Origin: an uncultured bacterium
GTDB taxonomy: Bacteria; Acidobacteriota; HRBIN11; JAKEFK01
Assembly: GCA_963777505.1 (NCBI GenBank)
Contig: CAVZQN010000008.1
Span: 32,001 to 96,000, forward strand
Direction: 5' to 3'
Length of the DNA: 64,000 bases
Part shown: piece by piece, positions 40,890 to 51,810 of the stretch
Position numbering within the stretch: position 1 is the first letter of the stretch
Layout: each line of letters opens with the position of its first letter
The notes under the pieces: model-generated
Databases searched by the model: none
What the model was told of the DNA's origin: nothing
Seen by the model: only the letters and a program-made list of their open reading frames with translations
Position numbers and translations under genes: made by a program

Positions 40890-41877
40890 ATGAAGATTAC
40901 AGTCTTATTGATAGCATTTTTTTTTGTGGCAGTGGTTTGTTTTGCAGAGAGACCGGTGCATACGTATTCGATTGTCGGCTCGCGATCCAGAGACGGGACA
41001 GTTAGGAGTCGCCGTACAATCGCATTATTTTTCTGTGGGACAGAGAGTCCCCTGGGCAGAAGCAGGGATTGGTGCAGTTGCTACCCAATCCTTTACGGAA
41101 CTTACCTATGGTCCGTTGGGTTTGGAGTTGATGAAGGCTGGCAAAACAGCTCCCGTAGCATTGAAATCACTATTAGCAGCAGACCCTGGGATTGAAGTCA
41201 GGCAGGTCGCCATGATTGATGCTAAAGGAAATGTTGCTGCTCATACTGGCAAACAATGCATTCCGGATGCAGGTCATCAAATGGGCAAAAATTATTCTGT
41301 TCAAGCAAACTTAATGGCAAATCCGACGGTTTGGCCGGCAATGTCGGAAGCATTTGAAAAAGCCAAAGGTTCTCTAGCTGAAAAGATGTTGATCGCTCTG
41401 GAAGCCGCACAAGCGGCTGGTGGAGATATCCGTGGTGAACAATCTGCAGCAATCTTAGTCGTTGGCGCTGAAAAGACTGGTGTTTGGTGGAAGGATCGAA
41501 TCATTGATTTGCGAGTTGAAGATCATCCTCATCCATTAAAGGAATTGCGTCGTCTTCTGACAATTCAACAAGCTTATTACCATGAAGATCGGGGTGATGA
41601 GTACATTGCGGAAAAAAATCTTGAAGCTGCTTTTAGTGAATATGAAAAAGCTGCGAAATTGGCACCGGATAATGACGAATTAAAATTCTGGTATGCGTTG
41701 AGCATTTATACTGCAGGTGAAGAGAAAAGGGCGATGGAGTTGTTTCGAAACATATTCGCCAGAGACCGGCGTTGGTTGGACTTAATCGATCGACTGCCAG
41801 CAGCTGGCCTTCTTCTCAAGAATCAGCGCAGAAAATTAAAATTTTATTCCTGGAGAAATAGAGTTCTTGGCGGTTGA
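40890..41877 (+). CDS. DUF1028 (Ntn-hydrolase-like) protein with C-terminal TPR; apparent frameshift near 40977
   Basis: Signal peptide, HTYSIV-ARDP, GAVATQ, GGDIRG.QSAA, DLRVEDH. Confidence 0.85.
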
Positions 41878-41879
41878 GT

Positions 41880-42152
41880 TCACTGATTGTCTACGCTATC
41901 CATTACTTTTTCTTCTTCTTCCTGGCGGGCATGTTCTTCGCTACGAACTTCTTTAATGTCTTTTAATGCGTCAAACCCACGCTGCGGAGCCGAATTATTT
42001 TCACTGACACCGATTTCCTGAGATTCGGCAGGTTGTCTATCCTTTTGATGCTTTTGGAGTTCGTGTTCCGCTTCCATCTTGTCAAGTCTGCTCTCTCTTT
42101 TACAACCAACGACTAGCAGGGCGAGAACGGCTAAAACCAAAAGCTTACGCAT
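41880..42152 (-). CDS. Small lipoprotein
   Basis: MRKLLVLAVLALLVVGC lipobox; charged mature part. Confidence 0.7.
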   Translation of the reverse strand: MRKLLVLAVLALLVVGCKRESRLDKMEAEHELQKHQKDRQPAESQEIGVSENNSAPQRGFDALKDIKEVRSEEHARQEEEEKVMDSVDNQ

Positions 42153-42184
42153 GAGGAGATTCTACTCGAAATGGCGGAGGATTG

Positions 42185-42219
42185 AAAAAGCACGGTGCAA
42201 GGCTAAACCTTGCACCGTG
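42185..42219 (-). terminator. Intrinsic terminator of the DUF4331 gene
   Basis: 12-bp stem cacggtgcaagg / ccttgcaccgtg followed by a U-run on the minus strand. Confidence 0.75.
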
Positions 42220-42225
42220 AAAAGA

Positions 42226-43587
42226 TCACTGTTGTCTCTTGTTGTGCTTCGTATTCAACGGAGACTGTGGGATTCCGAGGTAAGGAAAAGAACTTGTAAA
42301 GGCCACATCATTTTGATCCACGCCATCGCCGAGGAGATTATTCGGCGCAACATTGAATCCATCGACGAGAACTCCTGCAACAACTCGCAACGAAATGTCG
42401 ACTGTGTCATCAGCAAGTCTTCGTCCGTTTGGATAACCTGCAAGGTCTCCCGCGATGACTCCAAGACGGTTTGGATTCTGTGTCGGTGGGATTGCCATAT
42501 TTAAGCGGATCATCTCGCCGGGAGTTACATTTGCCGGCTGATTCAACCCTGATACACCTGTTAGAAATACCGCAACAAGATCATTGCGCGGAGCAGGTGG
42601 AACTGAGATGCCATAGATTGCATTGATTGCACCAGGCAACGAAGGTGTTGTGACGTAATTGAGAAATTGCGTATCATTTTTGAGCTTGGATGAATTCCAT
42701 TTGTCTTTATCTTTTAATGGAATCACGAGTTCATTCACCAACGGCATACCGAGTCTGGATACCTGCACGCGTGGTCCGCTGTACTTTGGACCTCTCGGAC
42801 CCTGAACAGCATTTTTCGGCAAGTAGGATGTTGAATACACACCGATGATGGCATTAGGAGAATTTGGATTCGCTGGCACTCCACCATCGCTTGTAAGACG
42901 CGAGATTGGAACCTGCACAGCAATTGAATAAATGTTAAAGCCAGCAAGTGTGTCCACTCCACCACCAGCATTTCCAGGAACTTTGCGGATGGTTAACGCA
43001 TCAAATATCGCACCTAGATCAATGTAAAAAGGATCGTCGGCCGGACCCGCATAGGCTCTGATGTCGCCTGCCGTGATCACACTGCTGCTGATAGTATTTG
43101 CATAGCTCGGTGTTGTCTTTGGACCTACATTGGGAATTGGCACAGGAAGGTTGCTGCCCAACACTGTCGCTCTACCGTTCCGAACCTCTGTGAGTGTGTA
43201 TGTTTGTTGAAGTCCAGTACTGCCAGGTAGAAACGATATGAAGTTGTCCGGCGCCGCGATTGCTGTGTTGAACTGAAACCTGTAAATGATGTCATCTTGT
43301 GTATCGCCATCATTAATAATGTTGATTTCGTAAATTCCATCATCATCAAAGCGATAGAAATTAGGTCCCGCTGCTGGTTCAGCTAAAGGTACATAATTCG
43401 CAATTAGAGTAACTGTATTCGGATTATCTGGACTGACAAATGCATACACATCAGTACAGTCCATTCTTGGCATTCTACCGATGCCGGGTGCTTCGCTATG
43501 GCTGGATGCGAACAGATTTCCAACAAAAATAGCTAAAATGGCTGTTAAAGTCAGGATTTTCCTTAGGTTCGAGGGGATGCTGATCAT
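42226..43587 (-). CDS. DUF4331 family secreted protein
   Basis: ASSHSEAP, TDVYAF, DDPFYIDL, VSRLGMPLVNE, YPNGRRLADD. Confidence 0.9.
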   Translation of the reverse strand: MISIPSNLRKILTLTAILAIFVGNLFASSHSEAPGIGRMPRMDCTDVYAFVSPDNPNTVTLIANYVPLAEPAAGPNFYRFDDDGIYEINIINDGDTQDDIIYRFQFNTAIAAPDNFISFLPGSTGLQQTYTLTEVRNGRATVLGSNLPVPIPNVGPKTTPSYANTISSSVITAGDIRAYAGPADDPFYIDLGAIFDALTIRKVPGNAGGGVDTLAGFNIYSIAVQVPISRLTSDGGVPANPNSPNAIIGVYSTSYLPKNAVQGPRGPKYSGPRVQVSRLGMPLVNELVIPLKDKDKWNSSKLKNDTQFLNYVTTPSLPGAINAIYGISVPPAPRNDLVAVFLTGVSGLNQPANVTPGEMIRLNMAIPPTQNPNRLGVIAGDLAGYPNGRRLADDTVDISLRVVAGVLVDGFNVAPNNLLGDGVDQNDVAFTSSFPYLGIPQSPLNTKHNKRQQ

Positions 43588-43728
43588 GGTGACCTCCTTA
43601 AATTGTTGATCCGTTTTGATTCTGTATTTGCTGTCCTAGACTCTTACGAAGCAGAAGTTCGGTTTGGATTGGCCTGCCTTAGAAGTTCGCGAATTGCCTT
43701 CGAGAGAGCCGGGGATATAATTTCGTGC

Positions 43729-44292
43729 GTGAAGGGTACAACCAGCCCCAAACTGCAGGATGCACAAACGGATGCAGAGCTAATCGAAGACTGTCTTAAA
43801 GGAAATCAAAATGCATGGGAAACGCTCATCCGAAGATATCAAAATTTAATTTATTCTGTTCCTATTCGATACCATTTCTCGGCTCATGATTCGGCCGACG
43901 TTTTCCAGCATGTTTGCGTAACATTGCTCGAAAAGCTGAAGACTCTGAGGAATAGTCATACTCTCTCCTCCTGGCTTTACATTACAACAAAGCGCCATTG
44001 TTGGAAGATCGCAAAAAAACAGAAGATGGAAACTGAATTCATTGAAGACAATGAATTTTCGAACGAACCAGGAAGTGAAAGTCTTGTGCTTCAACACCAG
44101 GTTAAATCTGGCGTAGATCAGCTTTCAGAAAAATGCCGGGAACTCATTTCGGCGCTTTATTATTTGGACCCTCCACTCTCATATGATGAAATTACTGAAA
44201 AACTTGGAATTCCTTTTGGAAGCATTGGTCCGACACGAGCTAGATGCCTTGAAAAATTGAAAAAGATCCTAAGTGTAAAGATTTCAAATTGA
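43729..44292 (+). CDS. ECF RNA polymerase sigma factor
   Basis: AWETLIRRY, ADVFQ, SYDEITEKLGIPFGSIGPTRARCLEKL. Confidence 0.9.
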   Translation: MKGTTSPKLQDAQTDAELIEDCLKGNQNAWETLIRRYQNLIYSVPIRYHFSAHDSADVFQHVCVTLLEKLKTLRNSHTLSSWLYITTKRHCWKIAKKQKMETEFIEDNEFSNEPGSESLVLQHQVKSGVDQLSEKCRELISALYYLDPPLSYDEITEKLGIPFGSIGPTRARCLEKLKKILSVKISN

Positions 44293-44357
44293 TGTATTTT
44301 TTTCGGGTTGGAGCATTCTTTATTAGAGGAAGGAGATACAGGTAGGTAGGTAGACTC

Positions 44358-44930
44358 ATGAAATGTCCGGAATTTATGAAGATTCTTGACCTCGTCGACA
44401 ACAGACTCGGCAAGGTTGAAACCCAAAAGATAAAGGGTCATATCAGCACCTGCGCCAAATGTACCGATCAGGCAGAATGGGCGCGCAAGACATTGTCATC
44501 CATGAAGAGTTCCGGCCTTGTGGATGCTCCAGAATATGCAATCCAGAAAGCGATCTCCATTTTCCCCAAAGAAAAAGTGAAACTTGCCGAATGGGTAATC
44601 GCAAAGCTGAATTTTGACAGTTGGATGTCTCCTCAAACAGCCGGAGTTCGCTCAGAAGATGCTGGACCACGCCAACGGATTTATCAAACTGAATCGTACA
44701 AAATTATCCTAATGAATGAGCCTGGAAGGTGGATCGGACAAGTTGTTTCCGAAAAACCGGGTGTAGAAGCTGCAGGATGTCTCGTTGAGTTGAGTTCAGG
44801 CAAAAAACATCTTGGATCAACAATCACGAATCAAAATGGTGAATTCATGTTTTCATCGAATCGCAATAACGACCTTCAGCTCAAAATTCATGGCCAGGCC
44901 GAAACCGTTGTAATTGGCAATTTGAACTAA
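44358..44930 (+). CDS. Putative soluble anti-sigma factor (zf-HC2) with C-terminal beta-sandwich
   Basis: MKC...HISTCAKC; no TM helix. Confidence 0.75.
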   Translation: MKCPEFMKILDLVDNRLGKVETQKIKGHISTCAKCTDQAEWARKTLSSMKSSGLVDAPEYAIQKAISIFPKEKVKLAEWVIAKLNFDSWMSPQTAGVRSEDAGPRQRIYQTESYKIILMNEPGRWIGQVVSEKPGVEAAGCLVELSSGKKHLGSTITNQNGEFMFSSNRNNDLQLKIHGQAETVVIGNLN

Positions 44931-45000
44931 CTCTTCAAACGGGTTTGGTATCAATCCTCGCACTCTCCTTATACAATCAAATGAACCAAGGAGGCTAACC

Positions 45001-45432
45001 ATGCTCAAAGAATTTAAAGAATTCGCAATGCGAGGAAATGTATTGGATCTGGCAGTCGGCCTTATTATTGGAGCCGCTTTTGGAAAAATTGTTACGTCCT
45101 TTGTTAATGATATTTTAATGCCGCCCATAGGTATGCTTTTGGGACGCGTAAGTTTCAAAGATCTCTTTCTTAATCTATCAGGACAGAATTATCCATCACT
45201 TGAAGCCGCGAAAGCTGCAGGTGCTCCGACGATCAACTATGGAATGTTTATTCAAAACATTCTGGATTTTGTGATTGTCGCATTTGCTATTTTCTTGATA
45301 ATTAAACAAGTCAACAGCCTCAAGAGGCCTGCGGCTGCACCTGAAACGAAAGAGTGTCAATATTGTGCTTCGACCATTCCTAAAAAAGCTGTACGCTGTC
45401 CATCCTGTACATCAGAATTAAAAGCAGCTTGA
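45001..45432 (+). CDS. mscL: Large-conductance mechanosensitive channel with C-terminal zinc ribbon
   Basis: [17 protein letters not shown]; CQYC...CPSC. Confidence 0.95.
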   Translation: MLKEFKEFAMRGNVLDLAVGLIIGAAFGKIVTSFVNDILMPPIGMLLGRVSFKDLFLNLSGQNYPSLEAAKAAGAPTINYGMFIQNILDFVIVAFAIFLIIKQVNSLKRPAAAPETKECQYCASTIPKKAVRCPSCTSELKAA

Positions 45433-45476
45433 AAAGATAATTCTTACATTTATTATTTGTTGATCAAACATAATCT

Positions 45477-45532
45477 GGAGGGCAGGCGGCCCTGCCTGCC
45501 AAACCTTAGGCGAGCAGTGACGCTCGCCCTCC
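45477..45532. repeat. REP-like doublet (GGAG-type)
   Basis: ggagggcaggcggccctgcctgcc ... aggcgagcagtgacgctcgccctcc. Confidence 0.6.
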
Positions 45533-45548
45533 GATAGGTAAGAAAAGT

Positions 45549-47387
45549 GTGAAACAAAATAAATTAATTCCAAGAGAAGTTATTTTCGGAAATCCTGAAA
45601 AGGCCTTTCCTTTGGTCGCTCCGGATGGCCGGCGGATGAGTTACCTCGCCCCTGTCAATAATGTTTTAAACGTATGGGTAGGAACAGTTGGAGGAAATGA
45701 TTTTCGGCCTATCACAAAAGATACCGACCGCGGGATTACACGTTATTTTTGGAGTGAAGATAAAAAGCACATCCTGTATTTGCAGGATGCCGGAGGTAAT
45801 GAGAACTGGCGGCTTTACAGTGTGGAGATCGAAACTGGAAATACCAGGGACCTAACTCCGTTTGAAAATGTGCAAACTCAAATTCTGGATCACAACAAGA
45901 ACTATCCAAATGAGCTTCTGTTAGCAATGAATCGCGATAACCCTGAATTGCACGATGTATATCATCTGAATCTTATCGATGGCGATCTGAGAATGCTTGA
46001 AAAAAATCCCGGAAATGTAATCGCGTGGGTCTCAGATGCCGAAATGAAAGTAAGAGGTGCAATGGCGGCCACACCCGAAGGTGGATTCGATATGCTTGTT
46101 CGAAAAAAAGCAGGCGCCGAGTGGGAAAAAATTATTGAATGGAATGCAGATGACAATATGAACAGCTCCCCTGTTGCATTTACACGAACAGGAAATTCAC
46201 TGTATCTTGCGGATTCTCGAAATGCCAACGCGGCCCGTCTTGTAAAACTGAACCTGGACTCAGGCGAATTACAGGTACTCGTTGATGATCCTGAATACGA
46301 CGCCGGTGAATTCATCGTGAATCCAGATAGTTATGAAGTTCAAGCAGCGTGTCTGACAAAAGATCGTGACGAATGGGTGATACTCGATGAAACGATTCGC
46401 GAAGATTTCGAAATCATTCAAAAACTAAATCGCGGAGATTTCTTTTTGTTGAATCGTGATAGCGCTGATAATACATGGCTTGTGGGATTCACTGTTGATG
46501 ATGGACCAGTTCCATATTTTTCGTACGATCGAAAAACAAAAACCGCAAAATACTTATTTACGAACAGGCCTGAATTAGAAGAATATCAACTCGCACAAAT
46601 GGAGCCGGTTACCTTTCAATCGAGTGATGGTCTCGCGATACATGGATATCTTACGTTGCCGCCAGATGTTGAAAAAAAGAACCTTCCGATGATTCTTAAT
46701 GTTCATGGCGGACCATGGCATCGTGATACCTGGGGCTACAATCCAGAAGCACAGTGGATGGCGAACCGTGGGTATGCATGTTTGCAAATTAATTTTCGAG
46801 GCTCCACTGGTTATGGAAAAAAATTCGTCAATGCAGGAGATCGTGAATGGGGCGGAAAAATGCATCAGGATCTTGTAGATGGCGTTCAATGGGCGATCAA
46901 TTCCGGAATTGCTGATCCTGAGCGGATCGCGATCTACGGTGGTTCCTATGGCGGATATGCCTCATTAGTCGGTGCCACATTTACACCAGATCTTTTCAGA
47001 TGCGCAGTTTCCATCGTTGGTCCAAGCAATCTCATTTCATTTATTAAAAGCATTCCACCTTATTGGTCTTCATTTCTCGCTGTATTGCATAAACGATTAG
47101 GCCATCCTGTAAATGAAATCGACTTTCTTATTTCACGTTCGCCTTTGTATAAAGTGGATCGAATAAGAATTCCAATGTTGATTGCTCAAGGCGCAAATGA
47201 TCCGCGTGTAAAACAAGCTGAATCTGAACAGATTGTGGATGCAATGCGAAGCCGCGGAGTCCCTCATGAATATTTGTTGTTTCCTGATGAAGGACATGGC
47301 TTCGTCAAGCCCGGAAACCGGTTGAAGTTTTATGCAGCAGCAGAAAAGTTCTTATCAACTCACCTTGGCGGACAATTCGAGGAATGA
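45549..47387 (+). CDS. S9 family peptidase
   Basis: HGGP, GGSYGG, NDPRV, DEGHG. Confidence 0.93.
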   Translation: MKQNKLIPREVIFGNPEKAFPLVAPDGRRMSYLAPVNNVLNVWVGTVGGNDFRPITKDTDRGITRYFWSEDKKHILYLQDAGGNENWRLYSVEIETGNTRDLTPFENVQTQILDHNKNYPNELLLAMNRDNPELHDVYHLNLIDGDLRMLEKNPGNVIAWVSDAEMKVRGAMAATPEGGFDMLVRKKAGAEWEKIIEWNADDNMNSSPVAFTRTGNSLYLADSRNANAARLVKLNLDSGELQVLVDDPEYDAGEFIVNPDSYEVQAACLTKDRDEWVILDETIREDFEIIQKLNRGDFFLLNRDSADNTWLVGFTVDDGPVPYFSYDRKTKTAKYLFTNRPELEEYQLAQMEPVTFQSSDGLAIHGYLTLPPDVEKKNLPMILNVHGGPWHRDTWGYNPEAQWMANRGYACLQINFRGSTGYGKKFVNAGDREWGGKMHQDLVDGVQWAINSGIADPERIAIYGGSYGGYASLVGATFTPDLFRCAVSIVGPSNLISFIKSIPPYWSSFLAVLHKRLGHPVNEIDFLISRSPLYKVDRIRIPMLIAQGANDPRVKQAESEQIVDAMRSRGVPHEYLLFPDEGHGFVKPGNRLKFYAAAEKFLSTHLGGQFEE

Positions 47388-47397
47388 CATTAGATTT

Positions 47398-47480
47398 TTC
47401 AACACAAAGACACAACGACTCGAAGAACACGAAATATTTATTTTTTTGTGAATATCGTGCCTTAGTGTCTTAGTGTTGAA
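47398..47480. repeat. Tandem 9-mer inverted-repeat element (empty)
   Basis: ttcaacacaaagacac... / ...gtgtcttagtgttgaa. Confidence 0.75.
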
Positions 47481-47489
47481 AAAATTTAT

Positions 47490-48512
47490 CTATTTTTGTG
47501 ATCTTCCGCTGCCGATCCACCCAAGCCGCCAGAACATAATCAAAAGGATTGCTGCCAGCGCTGCCATAAAGCCTAAAACAATAAAATAACCCCAGCTTGA
47601 TCTTATTTCCGGCATGTTTTCAAAATTCATTCCGTAGATTCCGGCAATAAGCGTTAAAGGCAAAATGATTGCGGAAATGACAGTAAGCACCCGGGCAATT
47701 TCACTTGTGCGGCTTGCAGCTTTAGCTTGAACATTTCCGACAACACCATCCAGCATGTCGCGTGATGAATCGATTGCTGCGCGGATTGCGATTGCATTTT
47801 GGATCATGTCGCTGAATGACACTCGGGCTTCATCGCTGACAAAAGGACTCCGCTTTGAAACCAACTGCATCAAAACAATATGTAAACTTGCAGCAAGCTT
47901 TTTTAAAGTCAGAATATTCATTCCAGCGGTTGAGAATTTTGTAACCAGTGTTTTATGATCACCGGTTAGAACGTCAGACTCAAGCTTATCAAGATAATTA
48001 TCATTTGCTAAATTCAAATGCGCATAATCATATAAACAGCGCTGTAAAAACAGAAAAGCCAAAAATCCTGGAGTTTTTCCGGCAAAACTGAAGCTCTCCG
48101 CACAACTGTTTTTCACATATTCGACAGCATCCAAAGGATGACGATGGTATGTAATAACAAAATTTGCGCCTAAAACTAAAATCATTCGCGAGAATTTAAT
48201 TTCTGAAAGTCCATGAGAAGTATCCAGATGACGTTCAGGATTGTCGATTTCATATAAATAAAATGCGAGACAATCATGTCTTTCAACAATCCGCGGCAAA
48301 ATTTCAGGCTCTTCAAAGTGACTTATAAGGGTAAGATCAATCGCAAGGAGGCGTAAGACTTCATTCAACGGATCGATGTGTGCGTCTTCAATATCGATCC
48401 AGCAAAATACATTCGGATCATTTAATTCTTGTTCAACACGACTCGATTCGAAAGTTCTTGATGTTCTTGCGAGCGGGTTGAAACTGACACCGTGAAGTTT
48501 TGGTGCTGTCAT
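47490..48512 (-). CDS. CorA-family divalent cation transporter
   Basis: GIYGMNFENMPE, two C-terminal TM helices. Confidence 0.85.
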   Translation of the reverse strand: MTAPKLHGVSFNPLARTSRTFESSRVEQELNDPNVFCWIDIEDAHIDPLNEVLRLLAIDLTLISHFEEPEILPRIVERHDCLAFYLYEIDNPERHLDTSHGLSEIKFSRMILVLGANFVITYHRHPLDAVEYVKNSCAESFSFAGKTPGFLAFLFLQRCLYDYAHLNLANDNYLDKLESDVLTGDHKTLVTKFSTAGMNILTLKKLAASLHIVLMQLVSKRSPFVSDEARVSFSDMIQNAIAIRAAIDSSRDMLDGVVGNVQAKAASRTSEIARVLTVISAIILPLTLIAGIYGMNFENMPEIRSSWGYFIVLGFMAALAAILLIMFWRLGWIGSGRSQK

Positions 48513-48563
48513 AATTCTCGCTATTGTAACGCAATTGTTCGTCTGCAAGCGTTATGAATACTG

Positions 48564-48589
48564 CGGGCGGGTCTTAGACCCGGCCCTAT
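48564..48589. repeat. REP-like palindrome (GTAGGGGCGG family, degenerate)
   Basis: cgggcgggtcttagacccggccctat. Confidence 0.65.
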
Positions 48590-48633
48590 AATTATGTTGC
48601 CGGGATGAGTTGAGAAAGACATAATTGTGGATT

Positions 48634-50308
48634 ATGCATTTTAAGATTTCCATTGTTTTTCTGATCTTTCTGGTCCTTCTAACTCAATCGAACATAATCT
48701 CCGCACAGGTCCCGCCAGGATTTACTGATACTCTGGTTGCTGGATCTTTGGAGCTTCCGACGGCTTGCGAATTTGCACCTGATGGACGTCTCTTCATTCT
48801 TCTCAAACGCGGTACTGTTCGAATCTTTAAGAATGGAGCACTTGTTCCAACAGCTGCATTGAATCTTCCTGTTACTGACAACAGCGAACGTGGCTTACTC
48901 GGAATAGCATTTGATCCTTCTTTTTTAACCAATGGATTTGTGTATCTCTATTACACAACTGCAAGCTCCGATCCTAAAAATCGTGTTTCGCGTTTTTTTG
49001 TGAATGGTGACACGATTGATCGCAACAGCGAAACAATTATTCTGGATGGAATTCGATCCGATGCAGGAAATCACAATGCAGGATGGATTCAATTCGGGAG
49101 AGATGGAAAGTTATACATTGCGACCGGCGATGGCGGATCCAATGCGAGTCTTTCGCAAAGTTTGTCCAGTATCAATGGAAAGATTTTGCGCATCAATAGC
49201 AACGGTACAATCCCTGAAGATAATCCATTTGCAGGACAGTCTGGCAGTCGAGGGGAAATCTGGTGTCTTGGTTTGAGAAATCCCTGGAGATTTACATTCG
49301 ATCCAACAACAGGTGCGATGTATATCGGTGATGTGGGTCAGAATCAATTCGAAGAAGTGAACGTTGGTGTACGCGGTGCAAACTATGGTTGGCCTAACGC
49401 AGAAGGACAATCAAACAATGGGAATTTTCGAAATCCGATTCACGTTTATGAACACAATGGCGGAAGCGCTTCGATTTCTGGTGGAATCCGGTATCGTGGA
49501 AACACTTTTCCTGATGAATATAGTGGCGCTTATTTCTACGGAGATTATGTCCTTGGATTTATCCGTTACTTAAGATTCAATTCATCAAATGAAGTGATTT
49601 CGGATAATGTGTTCTCACCAAACGTTGGAAACGTGGTGCATTTTGCTCAAGGTCCGGACGGCGCACTCTATTATGTTTTGATCGGCCAAAGGCAGGTTCG
49701 AAAAATTCAATTTGGCTCGGGAAATAACAGCGTACCAGTCGTTAGAACCACATCGAGCCGTAAATTTGGACCGTTACCGTTAACTGTGAATTTCTCTGCT
49801 GCCGGAACATTTGATCCAGATGGCGATCCTTTAACATTTCAATGGCAGTTTGGTGACGGCACGAGCGCAAACGGTCGGCAAACAAGTCATACATACCGAA
49901 CCGCTCAAAATTTTAATGCACGGTTGATTGTTATGGACTCAAGAGGCGCGCGAGTCACATCTCAAATTCTGAAAATTTTTGCCGGAGATCGCGCACCTGT
50001 TCCACAAATCACTGCACCCGCTGCAGGAACAACTGTCAGACCAGGACAAACCATTCGTTTCGCAGGTCGCGCAACCGATCCTGAAGATGGTGTGTTAAAT
50101 CCTTCAAGACTCACATGGACTGTTATACTTGCATCATAATGATCATACGCATCCGTTTCTTGGTCCGCTTATCGGGGTAGCATCCGGACAATTTACAGTT
50201 CCGGTTAATGATCATACTGATGGAAACGTCTTTTACAGGATCAGATTGAAAGCCACAGATTCACGCGGTCTTGCTATATTTAAGAAGTTAGATATTCCCA
50301 GGGAATGA
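48634..50308 (+). CDS. PQQ-dependent sugar dehydrogenase-like beta-propeller with PKD domain; apparent frameshift near 50130
   Basis: ERGLLGIAFDP, HNAG, GLRNPW, GDVGQ; WQFGDG PKD; HHNDHTHP... continues in another frame to TGA at 50308. Confidence 0.85.
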
Positions 50309-50348
50309 AATGTCGCAGAATTCCTTCGCGATTAACTATGGAGTAACC

Positions 50349-50693
50349 ATGAGATATGTGTTCGTTGTGCTTTCTCTGCTTCTAATTGTTCCCGATCTTC
50401 CGGCAGCGCAAGAAACAATTACCGGTGAAGTTCTGGATTCGTTTTGTTATGCGACACGCGATGCAAAAGGAAAAGAACATGCGCAATGTGCCTCTTCCTG
50501 TATTAAAGCAGGCGTACCTGTCGCAATCCTAACTTCAAGCGGTACTCTTTACTGGCCATTGCGGCAGGATCATAAACCTGCAAATCCATTGTTTGAAAAA
50601 TTAGGGGGAGAAAATGTGAAAGTCACAGGAATGGTCTACGAAAAAAATAATACGAAGTTTATTGTCGTCTCAGCTGTAGAAAAAGCGAACTAA
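50349..50693 (+). CDS. Small secreted OB-fold-like protein with conserved Cys/His
   Basis: Signal peptide; DSFCY, HAQCASSC. Confidence 0.7.
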   Translation: MRYVFVVLSLLLIVPDLPAAQETITGEVLDSFCYATRDAKGKEHAQCASSCIKAGVPVAILTSSGTLYWPLRQDHKPANPLFEKLGGENVKVTGMVYEKNNTKFIVVSAVEKAN

Positions 50694-50696
50694 GAA

Positions 50697-50771
50697 TTCA
50701 ACACGAAGACACCAAGACACAAGGATTTTTTTATTTAGTGCATCTTCGTGTCGTTGTGTCTTCGTGTTGAA
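50697..50771. repeat. Tandem 9-mer inverted-repeat element (empty)
   Basis: ttcaacacgaagacac / gtgtcttcgtgttgaa perfect 16-bp IR plus tandem units. Confidence 0.8.
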
Positions 50772-50773
50772 GA

Positions 50774-51700
50774 TTAAATTTCGAATTGAGCGGTTGTGGC
50801 GGCTGCTTCTCCCCCGATCCGGTCATGAACAGTGATGACCATCTGATAACGGCCAGCCGGATAATTTGAGGGGATTGTTAATTTGTAATTAAATTCCGCG
50901 GATTTATATTCAGGCTCACCACTTTCTTTAAATTCTTTAATCGCATCTTTCGAAAGTAATGGAACAATAGCGCCGGATGGATCGATCGTCTTTAGATCCT
51001 GAACAAGATGAATACGGGCAAAGCCTTCCGATTTATCATTGGCGAAGTTAAGCACTTGAAAAGTAACTGAAACAACAAGTCCCGCTTCATTTTTTTCCTT
51101 CGCAACGTTCATATTCACAATTTCCATATTTTTGATTCCAGGCATCTGCACAGGCGCAGGTTCAGGAGCCTTTGATTCTGCTTTGGGAGGCTGGTCTACT
51201 TGAATTCCAGCGGGACTGAATCGTACAAATTGTATTTTCCATTTCTCTTTTTCTCGCACAAGCTGATATTCAGCTGGAAGTTTTGAACCGTCTTCACCGG
51301 TGATCGTTCCTTTAAGAATTGTTGTTCCACTTGCTTGTTTTTGCCGATCCGATGACGAAAAGTCTTTCGCGCTTTTTAAGATAGGATAACTTTCAACTAA
51401 TCCGATAAAATCTTCTCTGCTAGTGACTTTTTGAAACTCTAATGAACAGTACGAATAAGCTCGATCAATATCATTGTTTCGCAGCGCTGTAAGTTGAGCA
51501 TTAACAGATTCAACTTCTTCTTTCCCAAGGGTTTTGAAGAAAAAATAAACGGCCACACCGAGGAGAGCGACCAATAACACACAGCCTGCCCCTCCAGCCA
51601 GAGCAAGAAACATAGGACTTCGTTTGCGCATCGATTGCGTGGACTGTGGGACTTCTGATTCGACATCAGATAACACCGGTTCTTGCGGCAAATCTGTCAT
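50774..51700 (-). CDS. Membrane-anchored protein with DUF4864-like domain
   Basis: TM helix; QLTALRNNDIDRAYSY.S..FQ; C-terminal Ig-like region. Confidence 0.65.
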   Translation of the reverse strand: MTDLPQEPVLSDVESEVPQSTQSMRKRSPMFLALAGGAGCVLLVALLGVAVYFFFKTLGKEEVESVNAQLTALRNNDIDRAYSYCSLEFQKVTSREDFIGLVESYPILKSAKDFSSSDRQKQASGTTILKGTITGEDGSKLPAEYQLVREKEKWKIQFVRFSPAGIQVDQPPKAESKAPEPAPVQMPGIKNMEIVNMNVAKEKNEAGLVVSVTFQVLNFANDKSEGFARIHLVQDLKTIDPSGAIVPLLSKDAIKEFKESGEPEYKSAEFNYKLTIPSNYPAGRYQMVITVHDRIGGEAAATTAQFEI

Positions 51701-51810
51701 GGCAGGATTATAACATTCCAAACAAATACACAATCCATTGTGTAGGTTTCTACATCAATACGTGCCTTTGGGTACAACGCTAATACTACAAACAGCGTAC
51801 TAAAAAATGC

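Noticed and set aside
5250-50135. Programmed frameshifting or phase variation
   Set aside because: No slippery heptamers or long homopolymers; the affected genes are unrelated
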